Assembly: GCA_963514005.1 (NCBI GenBank)
Contig: OY740814.1
Span: forward strand, 13,392,001-13,456,000
Direction: 5' to 3'
Source of the DNA: Raja brachyura
Taxonomy: Eukaryota
Length of the DNA stretch: 64,000 nt
Shown: one piece after another, positions 1 to 13,500 of the stretch
How positions within the stretch are numbered: position 1 is the first letter of the stretch
Layout: each line of letters opens with the position of its first letter
Program-made: the position numbers and the translations under genes
The notes under the pieces: model-generated
Told to the model about the DNA's origin: nothing
The model's database searches: none
The model's input: the letters and a program-made list of their open reading frames with translations, nothing else

Positions 1-630
1 TCCAACGTCTCCATGAGTTTCACTGTATAATCATTTGATTTACCATACAGTCATACCAATAAAAAGCAACAAAACGCACAAATACATTTTAACATAAACA
101 TCCAACACAGTGACTCCTTCACATTCCTCGCTGTGATGGAAGGCGAATTAAAAAGTACAATCTCATCCCTTCTTTGTTCTTCTGTGGCCGGAGGCCTCGA
201 TCATTGTTGACAGGACGATCTTGGCTCCCGTAGCTGGCAGCCGAGCCATCGAGGCTATCAAGCTCCACCATCGGGCGGGGGGGGGAATAGGAATAGGAAT
301 ATCGGCTCCCCCGTGCGAGGCGATCAGACCCTGGGTCGGGGCTGGTCGAACTTCGTGCAATTTTGGAGCTTCCCGACATCAGTCTCTACCCGAGACTGCG
401 AGCTCCTCAATGTTGAAATCAGCAGGCCGCATTGGAGCATCAATCCCTGGCGAGGGATCACAGGCTCCTGATGGTAAGTCCACGGCCCCGCGGTGGGGCT
501 CAAAGTCAGTCTCGAGCAAGGCCGCCAGCTCCATGATGTTAACCTGCAGAGCGACCGGAGATACGATCCGGAAAACAATTGCATCTCCGGTAATGTAAGA
601 GATTGAAAAAAAAAGTTTCCCCTGACCCCC
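1..630. repeat. GC/CpG-rich interspersed repeat, family not assigned
   Basis: Abrupt CpG-rich block in an AT-rich intron with an A-rich LINE-tail-like flank; ORFs are non-homologous. Confidence 0.45.
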
Positions 631-699
631 TGGTTATGAACTTGCTTCTGTTGCTAATTAATGTACTATTGGGGGAAAAAAGAGGTTAGGTGCTGGGGT

Positions 700-1080
700 A
701 GCAGTACTTAGAAGACATGGAAAGGTGATGTTTCAGGTCAGGGCACTTCTTCAGACTGATTATAGGGAGGGGAGGAAGACAGAGTGTGGTAAGTAACGGG
801 TGAATACAGGCAAAGAGGGTTTTGATAGGCAGATGGTTGGACAAAGTCAAAAATGATTAAACAAATAAAGATGTAAGACAAAAGGATTGAATAAGCCAGA
901 GGAAGAAATGTAGGGAGAGGGAAGAAATGGGTGCAAGCTCAGGTGGGCACAATTTCCCTGACTCTGGCAATGGAGGAGTCCCAGGACAGAAAGTTAAGTA
1001 TGGGAAAGGGAGTTAAAATGGTTAGCAACCGGGAGATCTGGTAGGCCTTGCAGGACCAAGCCCAAGTGTCCAGCAAAGCA
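700..1080 (-). mobile_element. Penelope-like element 3' fragment (endonuclease end plus pLTR)
   Basis: Reverse complement of the ctgaagaag...gaaac pLTR motif near 725-755, and decayed similarity to the copy at 25245-25575. Confidence 0.6.
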
Positions 1081-1383
1081 GTATTATTGATGTATTAATG
1101 TATTATGATCTTTGCTATTCTCTATGATTAAATTAAATCTGTATTGGTGATGGGCTCATGTTTGACTGACTGTTATTGTGGTATGAATGTCCTATATATT
1201 AATTAGGTGGAATTCTGTATGAAAGATCCGGATAAATGTTCCTAAAATAAGGATCAAGGCATTGCATTATTGGTTTTTTTTTTGCAGCTGATTTCAAATC
1301 CATGAATATTCAAGAAGTTAACATTTGCTGAGCTTAACAGTCTCATTTGTTTTAATATTTAAAGTGTTACCACTATTCTCTAG

Positions 1384-1524
1384 GTTCCACAGAAGCCCAT
1401 CGGTTTGCACAGTTACAAATACTTTATAATGCACGAGGAAGGAAGTTAGAAGAAATGCAACACAAACAAGAGGAATGCGCACGTGAAATTAGATATTTAA
1501 ATCACCAACTTGCAATGACCAAAG
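1384..1524 (+). CDS. CEP152: CEP152 exon ([20 protein letters not shown]...[12 protein letters not shown])
   Basis: ctctag acceptor, gtaatg donor, phase 1-1. Confidence 0.9.
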
Positions 1525-4500
1525 GTAATGGAACAACTTTACTATTTTGCAAGTGTGAAATTATTATTTTTAAGAAATCAGATTTTCCACCATTCTTGGA
1601 TATTGACAATATGCTGGTACACTGCTCAGAGCTCATGGTAAATTCCCAGGAATGGATTTGGTACTAAATTGGTGATTTTAGCAAATCTGGCATGAACCAC
1701 TGCCCTTCTTGTTGCTGTGCTGTGTCGCTGCCTGGGGCTCTTGCTCTTAAGCTTGCTGCCACAGGAAAAATCATCCAGGTTGGGTGCGTGCTGTGCAGCC
1801 AGAGAAAGAGAAGATACAGCTCTGCAAGATGAGCTGATGAGAGAGACCATAAGATCTGGGCCGTCTGTCCACAGGGAGGAGTAGCTGCTGCTGCACCACA
1901 CTCGCTGTGCTGGTCAGTGGTACAGCCTTGCTGTGAGCACATCTCGGCTCGCTGCTGTGCCCGGCTTGCTCAACACCAGCCCTCGCAGGCCATCTCTACT
2001 GATGGCTGGACAAGAATGTAATGTGATAACTGGGTGAGAAAGTAATAATACTTGGTTTAGAGAAGACATAGCAAATCGATATTAAGAAAATTAGCTTAAC
2101 ACTTGCATCATATTGTTTCCTTTGCGTCCTCTGGGAAGGGAAAAGGAACGCTCATGCTCTGGATGTCAGAAATGCTTCTGTGAATTAAATACATTCAAAG
2201 TGTAATTATTGTTACACTTTCAGAAATGTAAGTAAGCAAACGCAGCAGGCTGTTTTAATGCGGTACGGTTTTGATAAACTACTGGGAGGCTGTTTGCTTA
2301 TTTTCGTCTTGTTCACTGTTGCAAACAGAGTACATGCTGTTTAAGTACATCCAACTGTATAAAGTAATGATATGAGATGTCAACAATGATTATATCCTGA
2401 AGTGGGTTGCAAGGTGACAGTCTGATTCTCACCTGACTCTAATACTGATGAATTTTAATGAATAGTTGTTAATGAACAGTTTTTCACTAAGGTGCATTGT
2501 TTTGCAGGAGAAAAAGAAGGTATTGCTATTAGTTGTCAGGAATTACAGAATCTACTTCAGAATGCTAAGGAACTTGAAGTTCGACTGGAAGGCCAAATTA
2601 AAGCATTGGAATCCAGAATTCAAGATCACAGTGCAAGCGAAGAAGAGGCAAGCACAACTAATATTAGATTTCCTGAACACTTAATCAGTGCAGCTAATTT
2701 AAATTGCTTAAAATTAAGTGGTTACTGCAGATGCTAAGTCATTATACAGGTAAACTTTTAAAATTTATATTTGGAAATTCTATCATTCTTGCTGAAAATG
2801 GGAAAATTGGATCATTACATTTGAAAAATTGAAGAACATTGACAGATATGAATTGGATTAATGTTAAATTCAAGAGGAAAAAATTTCTAATTCGGTATTC
2901 TGATCAGTGGTATGTGCTACTTTCAGAATAATTTATTACATTTGCAATTACTGGCTGGCAGTTGCGGTATTGTTCACTTTATCCAGGCAAATAAACATCA
3001 AATTGCATATGGAAAGGCATCCATTTTATTAATTGGACAACTTATTTCCATCTGCTTTAAATTGTTCCTGGGAGTTAATGTTTTCTGTGATTCTGATTAA
3101 AGCTATACTCAACGTGCTTCCAATTGAGATTCAAAGGAACTCCAAATAATCATTCTCAATTTTAATCATGCTTTTTTTGGTTAACTGTGCAGGCACTGAA
3201 GAACCAGAAAATTGCTGAGGCAGCTATGGAAAGCTTGCAGCAGCAACTGTCAGAACTCAGTCGCTCAGAATCTCTTACTCGTGCCAGAGAGCAACACGAG
3301 AATATTATCACCGCATTTAAAGATAAACACGAGGAAACTCTCTTGGCAATGCAGCAGACACTTGATGCAACTAGTAGTTCTTTGGAAGAGCAGGTTAGAA
3401 ATGGTGTATTTTGCTACACTTGAATAGGTCTTCTATCTGCTGCTCATAACATATAATGTTAAAACATGTTATACATTAATGTGCACAATAGAAACTGATT
3501 TTAAAAACTACAATTGAAAGAAATGTTTACTTGTAAATGTCCTGATAGCAGACTTGTATGCAATGTTTGGAAATCCGGTGTTTCTTTAATTTGAGAGATT
3601 TAAAATTTGTAAGTGGCTTGTATATGTTTAATTTTACATGATTCAAAATGATGAATAATCAGTTTTTCTTGCTTGCTTCTCCTACAAGAAAGAAAATGCT
3701 AAACGACTTGGGGAACAAGTTAAACAGTTGCAACGAGAGCAGGAAGAAGCCAAAGTGGAGAAAGCAGAAATAATTAATGGTCTGACAAAAAGTTTAGAGG
3801 CAAGCCAGCAGCAGTGCAGGGATTTACTGCAAACAGGTTGGAGAACATCCTAATTCACTGTTCTGATCAACTGTATGCATTGTTTTGTGACTTTATTTAA
3901 TGAATTTATTGTGAATTTATTTATATTTGCAATTGGATAGTGAAGAACAGATTCACCAGGATGCCTGAAGAAGGCACTTGATCTGAAATGTCCCTTATCC
4001 ATGTTCTCCAGAAATGCTGCCTGACCTAAGTTACACCAGCACTTTGTGTCCTTCGCCAGAATATTTCTTTGTATGAAAGGCTGTAGTTATGTTTAGATAT
4101 TGGATAGGCTGGGTTTATTCTCACAGGAATGTAGGAGACTGAGGGGTGACCTTATACAGATTCAGAGCAGGGGAGTCTAGAACGAAAGGGGACAGGTTAA
4201 GGGGAAAGGAAATAAATTTAAAGGCAGCATGAGGGGCAAGTGCCAGAGGAGATAATGGAGGCAGATACTATTTAAAAGGCGTTTGGATAAGTACTTGGAT
4301 AGGAAAGGAGTAGAGGAATACAGAAGTAATGCAGTCAAATGGGATTTGTGTAAATAAACATCATGGTTAGCATGCATGAGGTGAGCCACTTGGGCCTCTT
4401 TCTGTGCTATGTTTCCACGTTTCTAGGGTATTTGTAGGACCAATCTCTTCTGTGCCAACAAAAATTATATCGCACGTGAAAAGTCATCCATGCCACTTGT

Positions 4501-7500
4501 TCGCAAACTGATTTGCATTTGTTTGCATTAACCTGTAGGTATGTGATTTCTAATATTCAGTATTAATAAAAACTATAGTCAAAGTGTCCTTGATTCCAGG
4601 TCTTTTGAATCTGAATAGTACTTATACTCTCAATTTTGATCTCTCATACTTATACTCTCAATATCATTGGTATGTTATCATAAATCCATGCCTTCTGCAG
4701 ACATAGTACGGAGCTGTTTGCGATATTGAAGTTTTGCAGAGCTTGGATACATTCAGCAGTTGCTGAGTCCCGAAAATCTTATCCAGGAGTTATTTCGAGC
4801 AGATGCAAATCAAAATCCTATGTAAATTGTCCATCAACTTTTAACAGTTTTTAAATAAATGACAAGGCAATTTTTGTTTTCTTACTAAATTTATTGATAA
4901 TCGTTATTAATGTTTCAGGTTCAATGCAAGAAATTACTCAACTTCGGATCCAACTTCAGCAACTTCAGTCTGCCAGAAATATCAGTGACAACATGAACAA
5001 AGCTTTGCAGGTCATCACATGATCATCACATGTTATAGTGAATCGTCTAAATCGCGTTTTTTTTTAATGCATCTGTGCAAAGGTGCAAATTTGTTTTACT
5101 GTCAATTTGAAAGTGTCTGCACAGTTGCAAAATACAATGACGATGTGGAAGAAAGTCAAATAATTGAAAAGGGGATAAAACAAACAAAGATAAATGTAAT
5201 TAAAGGATTGCTTTAAGGTCATTTATGCTTTGTTTCTTGTCCCTGAGGAAAGAAGGAACATTTGAACTCAATTTTACCGTGGAATTATGGTGGAGATACG
5301 CTATACTTGTTTGGACTGTTTGTACTCGGTGAAACATGAAATTTGTGTTTTGTGTACACTAATGTTATTTTGCTGAAACATCTCAAATGGAGTTGGTGGT
5401 TGCTTTGCGAGAGACCAACATACATCTACATTGATCTTATCGCAAATCCTGTGAAGTTATGAAGGATTACTTGTTTATTTTTAGGAAGAGCTGGCTGACT
5501 TGAAAGAACAAATTGGTCTTTATGAATCTGCCGCGAAGGTCAATGCAATCCTTAAAGAAGTACCAGAAGCATTAGAAAGTCCGTTATCAGATTCGTACAT
5601 GGGCCTCTGCATTAAGAATGATAACTTGAAAATACCCAAGTTGCAAAGGTATACATTGAAATACTTTACCTAGTATTTGCAGAATGTTAGTTGCAGCCTT
5701 CAATTGTGCACCTTTTTGTTTTTCTTCTTGCATGAGAATTTTGCAAAATAATCCTTATTTGTATCTTTTGAAAAAATTATCTCTCTGCTCTGTGGGATGT
5801 AAATGGTGTTTTATGACAGGATATGTAACTTGACATTTGATGGATATTAATTGCATTTGGATAATTCAATATTTAAATTGGTTTAGTCAATCATCAACAT
5901 TTGAACTTTTAGCTTGTGATTTAAAGTTCACAGTTCTATTCAGTGAATAAAGCTTGTGTGTAATATCTTGGATTTGATGATCAATGCAGATTGAATAAAA
6001 TCACTAAAGTAAATAAATGCTTGATGGAAAAATGTGGCAAAATTTAGGAAAGGAGCTGGGAAATTGGTTTAACAAATACTCATTGGAAAGGTGGCACTGC
6101 TAAATAGTGTTGTGTGTTTGACGGTTCAGTAACTCTGATACTTGGTAATGATCGTATATTAATTTTCTTTCCCACTTTCTGCTAGTTCAAGTGCAAAACG
6201 ACAGGGAGATTTGGATAAGACATTGTGTAAGGATGGGGCAATACGAGAATTGAAGGGTGAACTGGAAAGATCACTAAGCAACATCAGAACAAAACGCCAC
6301 CAAGTGGCTCAACTTCAGAATGAAATGAAACAAAATCAAAGACAAATTGCAGAACTAAAGGAATCGTTACAAAATGCTGAACAGTTGGCTAGAAATCATG
6401 AGGTCAGTTAAAATGTTAAATCTATCTTGAATGTGGAATACTGAAAATAAATGCCTGTATTTGTTTTAATTGCATGTTTGTGAAGCAGGGCTCTGAGGGT
6501 ATTAATCTTTGGGGAGAGAAGCAGGAGAAAAACAAAACTAAATAAATGCAACATAAGGAGTCATTTGTCCATGCGTGCAACTCCAGTAAACACACCCATG
6601 CCACTTGGCCCGCAAAAGTGAGCTAGGTTTCCATCAAGATAGCTTGATAACAGTTTAGCACAAGGTATCTTAAATGTAAAAAAACAAGCAATCTGAAAGA
6701 ATCGCCTCATAAATAAGTTTAATCAACTTGAAATTACACCAAACTATTTAAGACCTACACAGAGGTGGAAGACAAAGTGATTTAAACTTTGGAGATATTA
6801 ACTTTAGAGCCAAAGTAACTGAGGTTCTGCCTCCAATTGAGAGTATACGGAGGACAAACCTTTTACCTCCGCTTAGCCTCTTCGCATTCAGTGCCCTGGG
6901 TATTGGAAGTTTCTTATTAGGTGTGACTTACTGATATATTAATGTATTTTATTACTACGTTTTCTTTTACATCATAATACTAAGTTCACTAAATCTGCTA
7001 TTATAGCACGATTCGGAGCAACATAACTAAATTTGAGTGTATATATTTTAGGTAAGAGCCATTTCTTTAGAAAAGCAGTTGGAAACCAACGGATATGCTT
7101 CTGACAAGACCCTTCAAGACATAGTTGAGCAGTTACGGTGTGAGACTCGTTCTCTGCACAAAGAAATAGAGGTAAAACTTTTTTTTTTTTTGCTCAAAAT
7201 ATAAATCTACAATGAGTGTGTGTGCGGCCCGAAGAATACACTTCTCAATTTAGTGAAATTGAAATTTAATTGGAATTTAAAGCAAAGCCATCTTGTTTCT
7301 TCAGGATAAACAACAAGAGATTGAAAAACTAATTCATAGCGAGAATCAGTTCAAAGAAGCAAACCAAGACTTGTACAATGAAATGCGTCGGATGATTCAA
7401 GATTTTGACCAGGATAAGCAAGAGGCAATTGACAGGTACAGCATGAAGCATTTAATGTATGAAATGGACAGGGCATGCAAAAAACCCAGCATTCTAGCTC

Positions 7501-10500
7501 ACCTGTTTCTTTCAAATCTGGGACCAGGGCTGCATTAGACTAACAGACAGGAAGTGACACAGCTGGCGATCTGGGGCCATCGCAACAACCTGGAGCTCAT
7601 TGCTCTTATGACGGTGGAATTGATTGTAGACTTTAATAGAGTTCCCCCCACTCACCGTCAACCACATCTGTGGAATCATTTAAGTTCCTTGGAACCATCA
7701 TCTCCAGTGGCCTTAAATGGGTTGGGGGGGGGGGGCACCATCGACTCCACAATCAAAAAGACCCAACATAGGATGTATTTCCTGCGGCAGCTGAGAAAAC
7801 ACGATCTGCCACAGGCAATGATGGTCCAGTTTTATACTGCCATCATAGAGACTGCCCCTATCTTCTCCGTCATGGTCTGTTTTGAGTCCGCCGCCAAGCG
7901 TGACATCATTTGATTTCCTTCTCCCCACCCCCCCACCCCCCACCACCAAACGACAAACTGTTCACTGCTAGGGCCAGGAAGCGAGTGGGTGAGATCATTT
8001 CTGACGCCTCTCACCCTGGCCACAAACTCTTTGAAGTACTCCCTCTGGAAGGCGACTCCGGGCCATCAAAGCCGCCACAGCCAGACATAAAAACAGTTTT
8101 TTTTTCCCCACGAGCAGTAGTTCTACTCAATAACCAAATGTCTGTAGCCTCCTTGTGCTCTTATTTTATTTAATTCTTCACGTGTTTAAATTTTAAGGTT
8201 TTATTTTTTACTGTCTACTGTTTATCGTGTTGTTACTTGCGAGCAAAGCACCAAGGCAAGTTCCTTATATGTATACATACTGGGCTAATAAATTTATTCA
8301 TTCATTCATTCAAGCACACAGCTCCGACTGATGCAACTGTTTTGCAAAGTACAGAGGTCTGCAAGTGACAGGGAAGTCTTAATTGATTAATATTAAGGCC
8401 TTGTCAACAGATTGCCTTCAAAGTCAGGGTCATTTGGAATTGTTTCAATTTATAAAAATAAAAAATAAATAAAAATTAATTCATATTTTTTTGAAATACA
8501 ATGTCAACTGCTAATTAAGTATAAATATACTATAAAATAAAGAAAACAAAAGACTTTCAAATGCTGCGTGAACAATGACTGGTGTGAACCTGAAGGGCCA
8601 GTCACAATCTGGCTCAGCTCAACATGTTATGAAATCGTGGAGATTTCAAATGCTGATTTAAGCAGAAAATCAATGGTGAGTGCAGGCGCAATACACATGT
8701 ACCGCAAACCCTCGTTATAATGTACCACGGGGGAAGATGGCGTTGGTTATTGCCAATTGTCTGCTATAACCGAGTAACGGGGATAAATATGAACTAGTTT
8801 AACCCAAGGCTGAGTGGGTAGAAACGCGGCATCAGGGGGTTAAAACGGGGTGAGTTCACACACAGTGCGCCGAGGATGGGCCTGGTACTCATGCTGCTCG
8901 CTCTCTCCGCTCCTGCAACCAGGTAATTGGGTAACCTGGCAGAAGTAGGGGATGGTGCATCGGGAGCCACCAGCCGTTACCAGATGACCGAGGCATGTGT
9001 TGCCAGGACAACACGTCTTCATCCAATACCCAGGATCTCGCTTTGCGGCAGTCACTGCAAATCCATGCCCCATGCAGTGCTCTTCAAGAGTGTTTTTCTG
9101 CTTGCTTTCTCTCTGCTGCTGCCTTTCCACTGCCCAACACTGCTGCACACCACCTGCCAATCACCAATATGAACAGACTAAACCTGTTATAAAGAGGTCC
9201 GTAATAATGAGGTAGACTGTATCTGTCTGACTTTATATTGCTGGTTAAATGTCCGTATGTTCCATCCTGTTGTTCATTCGTCTATTGCATTAAAAGTTTT
9301 TGGCCAGGTACAAACACTTTTTTTTTAATATGACAAATGCCTTTAGATGTGAGCGAATTCATCAGCAACATCATGAGGATTCCAAATGTCGCCTTGAGCA
9401 GGAACTGATGGAACAGCATAAACTGGAGAAAGCTCAAATTACTCATTTTTATGAACAGCGGATCACACAAGCAAAGTGAGTTTCAAAATCATCTCCATGT
9501 AGTCATTCTAACTAATTGAATTAAGAATGGAAATCGTTAATCGTACATTCGAGAGGCCATGGTAACAGCATTTAAAGAATCTGATATTGGTTTATTGTCG
9601 CATGTACCAAGTTACAGTGGAACGAATTGTTTAATTAAGAATGGAGACCTGTGACCATTGGTGTTCATCAGGGATGGATGATGGTTCCATTGTTATTTGT
9701 AATATACATGAATAATTTGGATGTAAATTAGTGCCATGATTAATAAATTTGTGGATGATACCAAAATTGTTGGGGCAGTGGACAATGAAGAAGGGAAAAG
9801 GAATGGCAGATAGAATATCAACTCTGAGAAGTGTGATGTGATGGATTTTGGTAAGTTAAACCAGGGCAGGGGTTACGCAGGCATGGCAAGGCCCTGGTGA
9901 CACCTTGGGGTTCAAGTACATAGTTCCTGAACAGGGGCACCTTAGGGTTCAAGTACATAGTTCCCTGAAACTAGTAACATGCGTTAGACCAGGTGGTGAA
10001 GAAGCATAGGCACACTTGCCTTCATTGGACAGGGCATTGAGTACAAAAGTTGGGATGTTATGTCTCTGAGACTGTATCTGAAATATTGTGTGCAGATCTA
10101 GTCACCAAACAATAGGAAGGATGTGATCAAAGTAGAGAAGGTGTAGAAAGGTTCACAAGGATGTTGCTGGGATATTTCTTGAAACATGAGGAGAGACTGT
10201 TATGCTGGGACTGTTTATCCCTGGAGCAAAAGAGGCTGGAAGGTGGCCTTGAAGATGTATAAATTCTTCTAAAAGATATTTTGATTTATATAATCAATTT
10301 ATAAAACGAGAGACAAGGTTATGGTGGTTCTTCAGTCTTTTTCCCATTGTACGCCAGTCTAAAATTAGAAGGTTTAAGTTGGGAAGGGAAAGATTAAAGA
10401 GGAAGAGGAGCAAGATTCTTGCAGTTTGGTGGATATATGGAATGAATTGCAGGAGGAGGTGGTAGATGCAGATAAAATTACAATGTTTAAAATATATTTG

Positions 10501-13500
10501 CACGTCTTTCTGGAAAGAAAGGGTGTAGAGGGATACGGCTGTATTGTATGATGATTCTAAGAAATAAAACACTGATCAAATGTGCTTTTTATTCTTGTTT
10601 TTCAAGCTACAAAATTTAATATGCACATTTTAATTCTATTTGGATAGTGTTATTGAGATCACATACCCTATGAAAGTCATTTTTTAATTTACAAATCAGA
10701 AATCAATTCAATATCCTGACGACAAAGTACCAAAGTGGACGTGAGCACATGTATTTAAAACAAGTCTGTGAATGTGTGTACACAATGTACTAAAACTTGA
10801 ACTTGAGTGTAATTTGAAATATTGCTACGCTGATAACAAAAAGGTGGAATTGTATTTTCTTCATCACATGTTCCTACTGACCTAATTTTCCCTTTTACCC
10901 CTTCTAAATTTTTTGATGTATTAGTGCTCAGCTGGAACAGCTGAATCAAGAGATGTCTGGAGTACAAGAGTGTTACATTACTATCTGTAAAGAAAAAGAC
11001 TCACTGGAGAGCCGATTAAGGGAGGAATTGTCCCTCAAATTAACAACAGAACAGGAAGTTAGTGAAAAACAACTCTTTTTGTTTGCTTTATTGGTTCTTT
11101 TATATGTCCATCTTTGGGTGAAAAATCATAAGGTACAGTGCCCTCCATAACAAAGACCCATTTATTTATTTGCCTCTGTACTCCACAATTTGAGATTTGT
11201 AAACTAAAACACCGCATGTGATTAAAGTGCACACTGTCCGATTTTAATAAAGGGAATGTTTATACATTTTGGTTTCACCATGTAGAAATTACAGCAGTGT
11301 TTATACATTGTCCTTCCATTTCAGGGCACCATAATGTTTGGAACACAGCAATGTCATGTAAATAAAAGTAGTCATGTTTAGTATTTTGTTGCATATCCAT
11401 TGCATGCAATGGCTGCTTGAAGTCTGCGATTGATGGACATCACCAGTTGCTAGGTGTCTTCTCTGGTGATGTTCTGCCAGGACTGTATTGCAGCCATCTT
11501 TAGCTTATGCTTGTTTTGGGGGCTAGTCCCCTTCACTTTAGCATATAAAAGGTATGCTCAATTGTGTTTAGATTGGGTGATTGACTTGGCCACTCAAGAA
11601 TTGACACTTTTTTTAGATTTGAAAAACTCCTTTGATGCTTTAGCAGTCGTTTGGGATTATTGTCTTGCTGTAGAATGAACCGCCGGCCAATGAGTTTTGA
11701 GGCATTTGTTTGAACTTGCGCAGATAGGATGTGTCTATACACTTCAGAATTAATTATGCTACTACCATCAGCAGTTGTATCATCAATGACAATAGCCAAT
11801 ACCTTCAGCAGGCATACATGCCCAGACCATAACACCTCCACCACTGCATTTCACAGTTAAGATGTCATGCTTTGGATCTTGGGCCGTTTTCTCCTCGATA
11901 CTTTTCTCTTGCCATCACTCTGATAAGTTAATCTTCTTCTAATCTGTCCACAAGACCTTTTACCAGAACTGTGGTTGTATTAAGTACTTCTTGGCAAATT
12001 ATAAACTGGCCATCGTATTTTTGCAGCTAACCAGTGGATTGTGTCTTGCAGTGTAGCCTCTGTATTTCTGTTCATGAAGTCTTCTGCAGACAGTGGCCAT
12101 TGATAAATCCACACCCGACTCCTGAAGAGTGTTTCTGATCTGTCGGACAGGTGTTTGGGGATTTTTTTAAATTATAGAGATAATTCTTCTGTCATCAGCT
12201 GTGGCAGTCTTCCTTGGCCTGCCAGTCTCTGTGCGATTAGTAAGCTCACCAGTGCTCTCTTTCTTCTTAACAATGTTCCAAACAGTTGATTTGGGTAAGC
12301 CTAAGGTTTGGCTGATGTCTCTAACAGTTTTATTTGTGTTCTCAGTCTCTTAATGGCTTAGTTGACTTTCATTGGCACAACTTTGGTTCTCGTGTTGATA
12401 AACAGCAATAAAAGTTTCCAAAGGTGATGGAAGGACTGGAGGAAAGACTAGGTACTGAGAGCTCTCTTATACCTGCATTAAGAAGGCAATTAAGCACACC
12501 TGAGCCATTAGAAACACCTGTGAAGCGATGTATCTCAAACATTATGGTGCCCTGAAATGGGGGGACTATGTATAAACACTGCTGTAATTTCTACACGGTG
12601 AAACCAAAATGTATAAAAATGGCCTTTAATAAAATCTGCCATTGTGCACTTTAACCATATGTGATTTTTTTCTATTACCAATCTCAAATTGTGGAGTACA
12701 GAGGCAAATAAATCAATGATGGGTCTGTGTCCCAAACATTATTGAGGGCACTGTATGTGTTTATTGACATTTTGGAGACATCATAATATATAATAGACAA
12801 TATATTTGCCATTCCACTTTTTTTCTTTGCACTGTGTAAATCTTATTCTGATTTGGAAGACTGGTTGAATATTAAATGGAAACTTATTCAGGCTTACTAA
12901 ATCCAGCTGTTGAAGAATATTTCAGTAGAGCTTTGAATTGGGTTTTAATGATTTCTAACTGTTTTGTTTGACTATTGACCCTAATGTGATTCTTATGCAG
13001 GTTGGAAGTGGTGTTTATGTTTAATTATGTGGCTATCTTTAATCTTCACTTGCCATTAACAATAGTTAGTTGTGTGAATATATTGCTCAATTTGGCTGCC
13101 TTCCACTTGTAGAGAAAATCTCTCCAAAAAATCATGTGGTAGTAATGGATTTTCAAGAGTGACATATTACTGTAATCACTTACAATACAATCCTATTACC
13201 TCTTAAAATCTGAGTTCAAATTCAACCAAGTTTTGGTTTAAAATATGATCCTGAGTTAAAACCTTTTGGAAGAGATTTCTCAACTCCTTTAAATGGTTTA
13301 TTATCCACTGATGAATGAACCTACTTTGAAAAATTGAAATATCCCACTGGAAATGTTGTCGAGCATATGAGATTCTCCAAAAAAAAAGAGTAGCATGCAG
13401 ACAATTTTCCTGATTTTTGAAATACAATGTCAAGTAATCAAAAATTAGCATAATCTCACTATTAAAATGTATTTCTATGCAATAATAAAAATAATGTACT

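Noticed and set aside
119-598. Overlapping ORFs of 65-125 aa on both strands
   Set aside because: They lie in a GC-rich repeat within a CEP152 intron, with no recognisable protein motifs; open frames are expected at this GC content.
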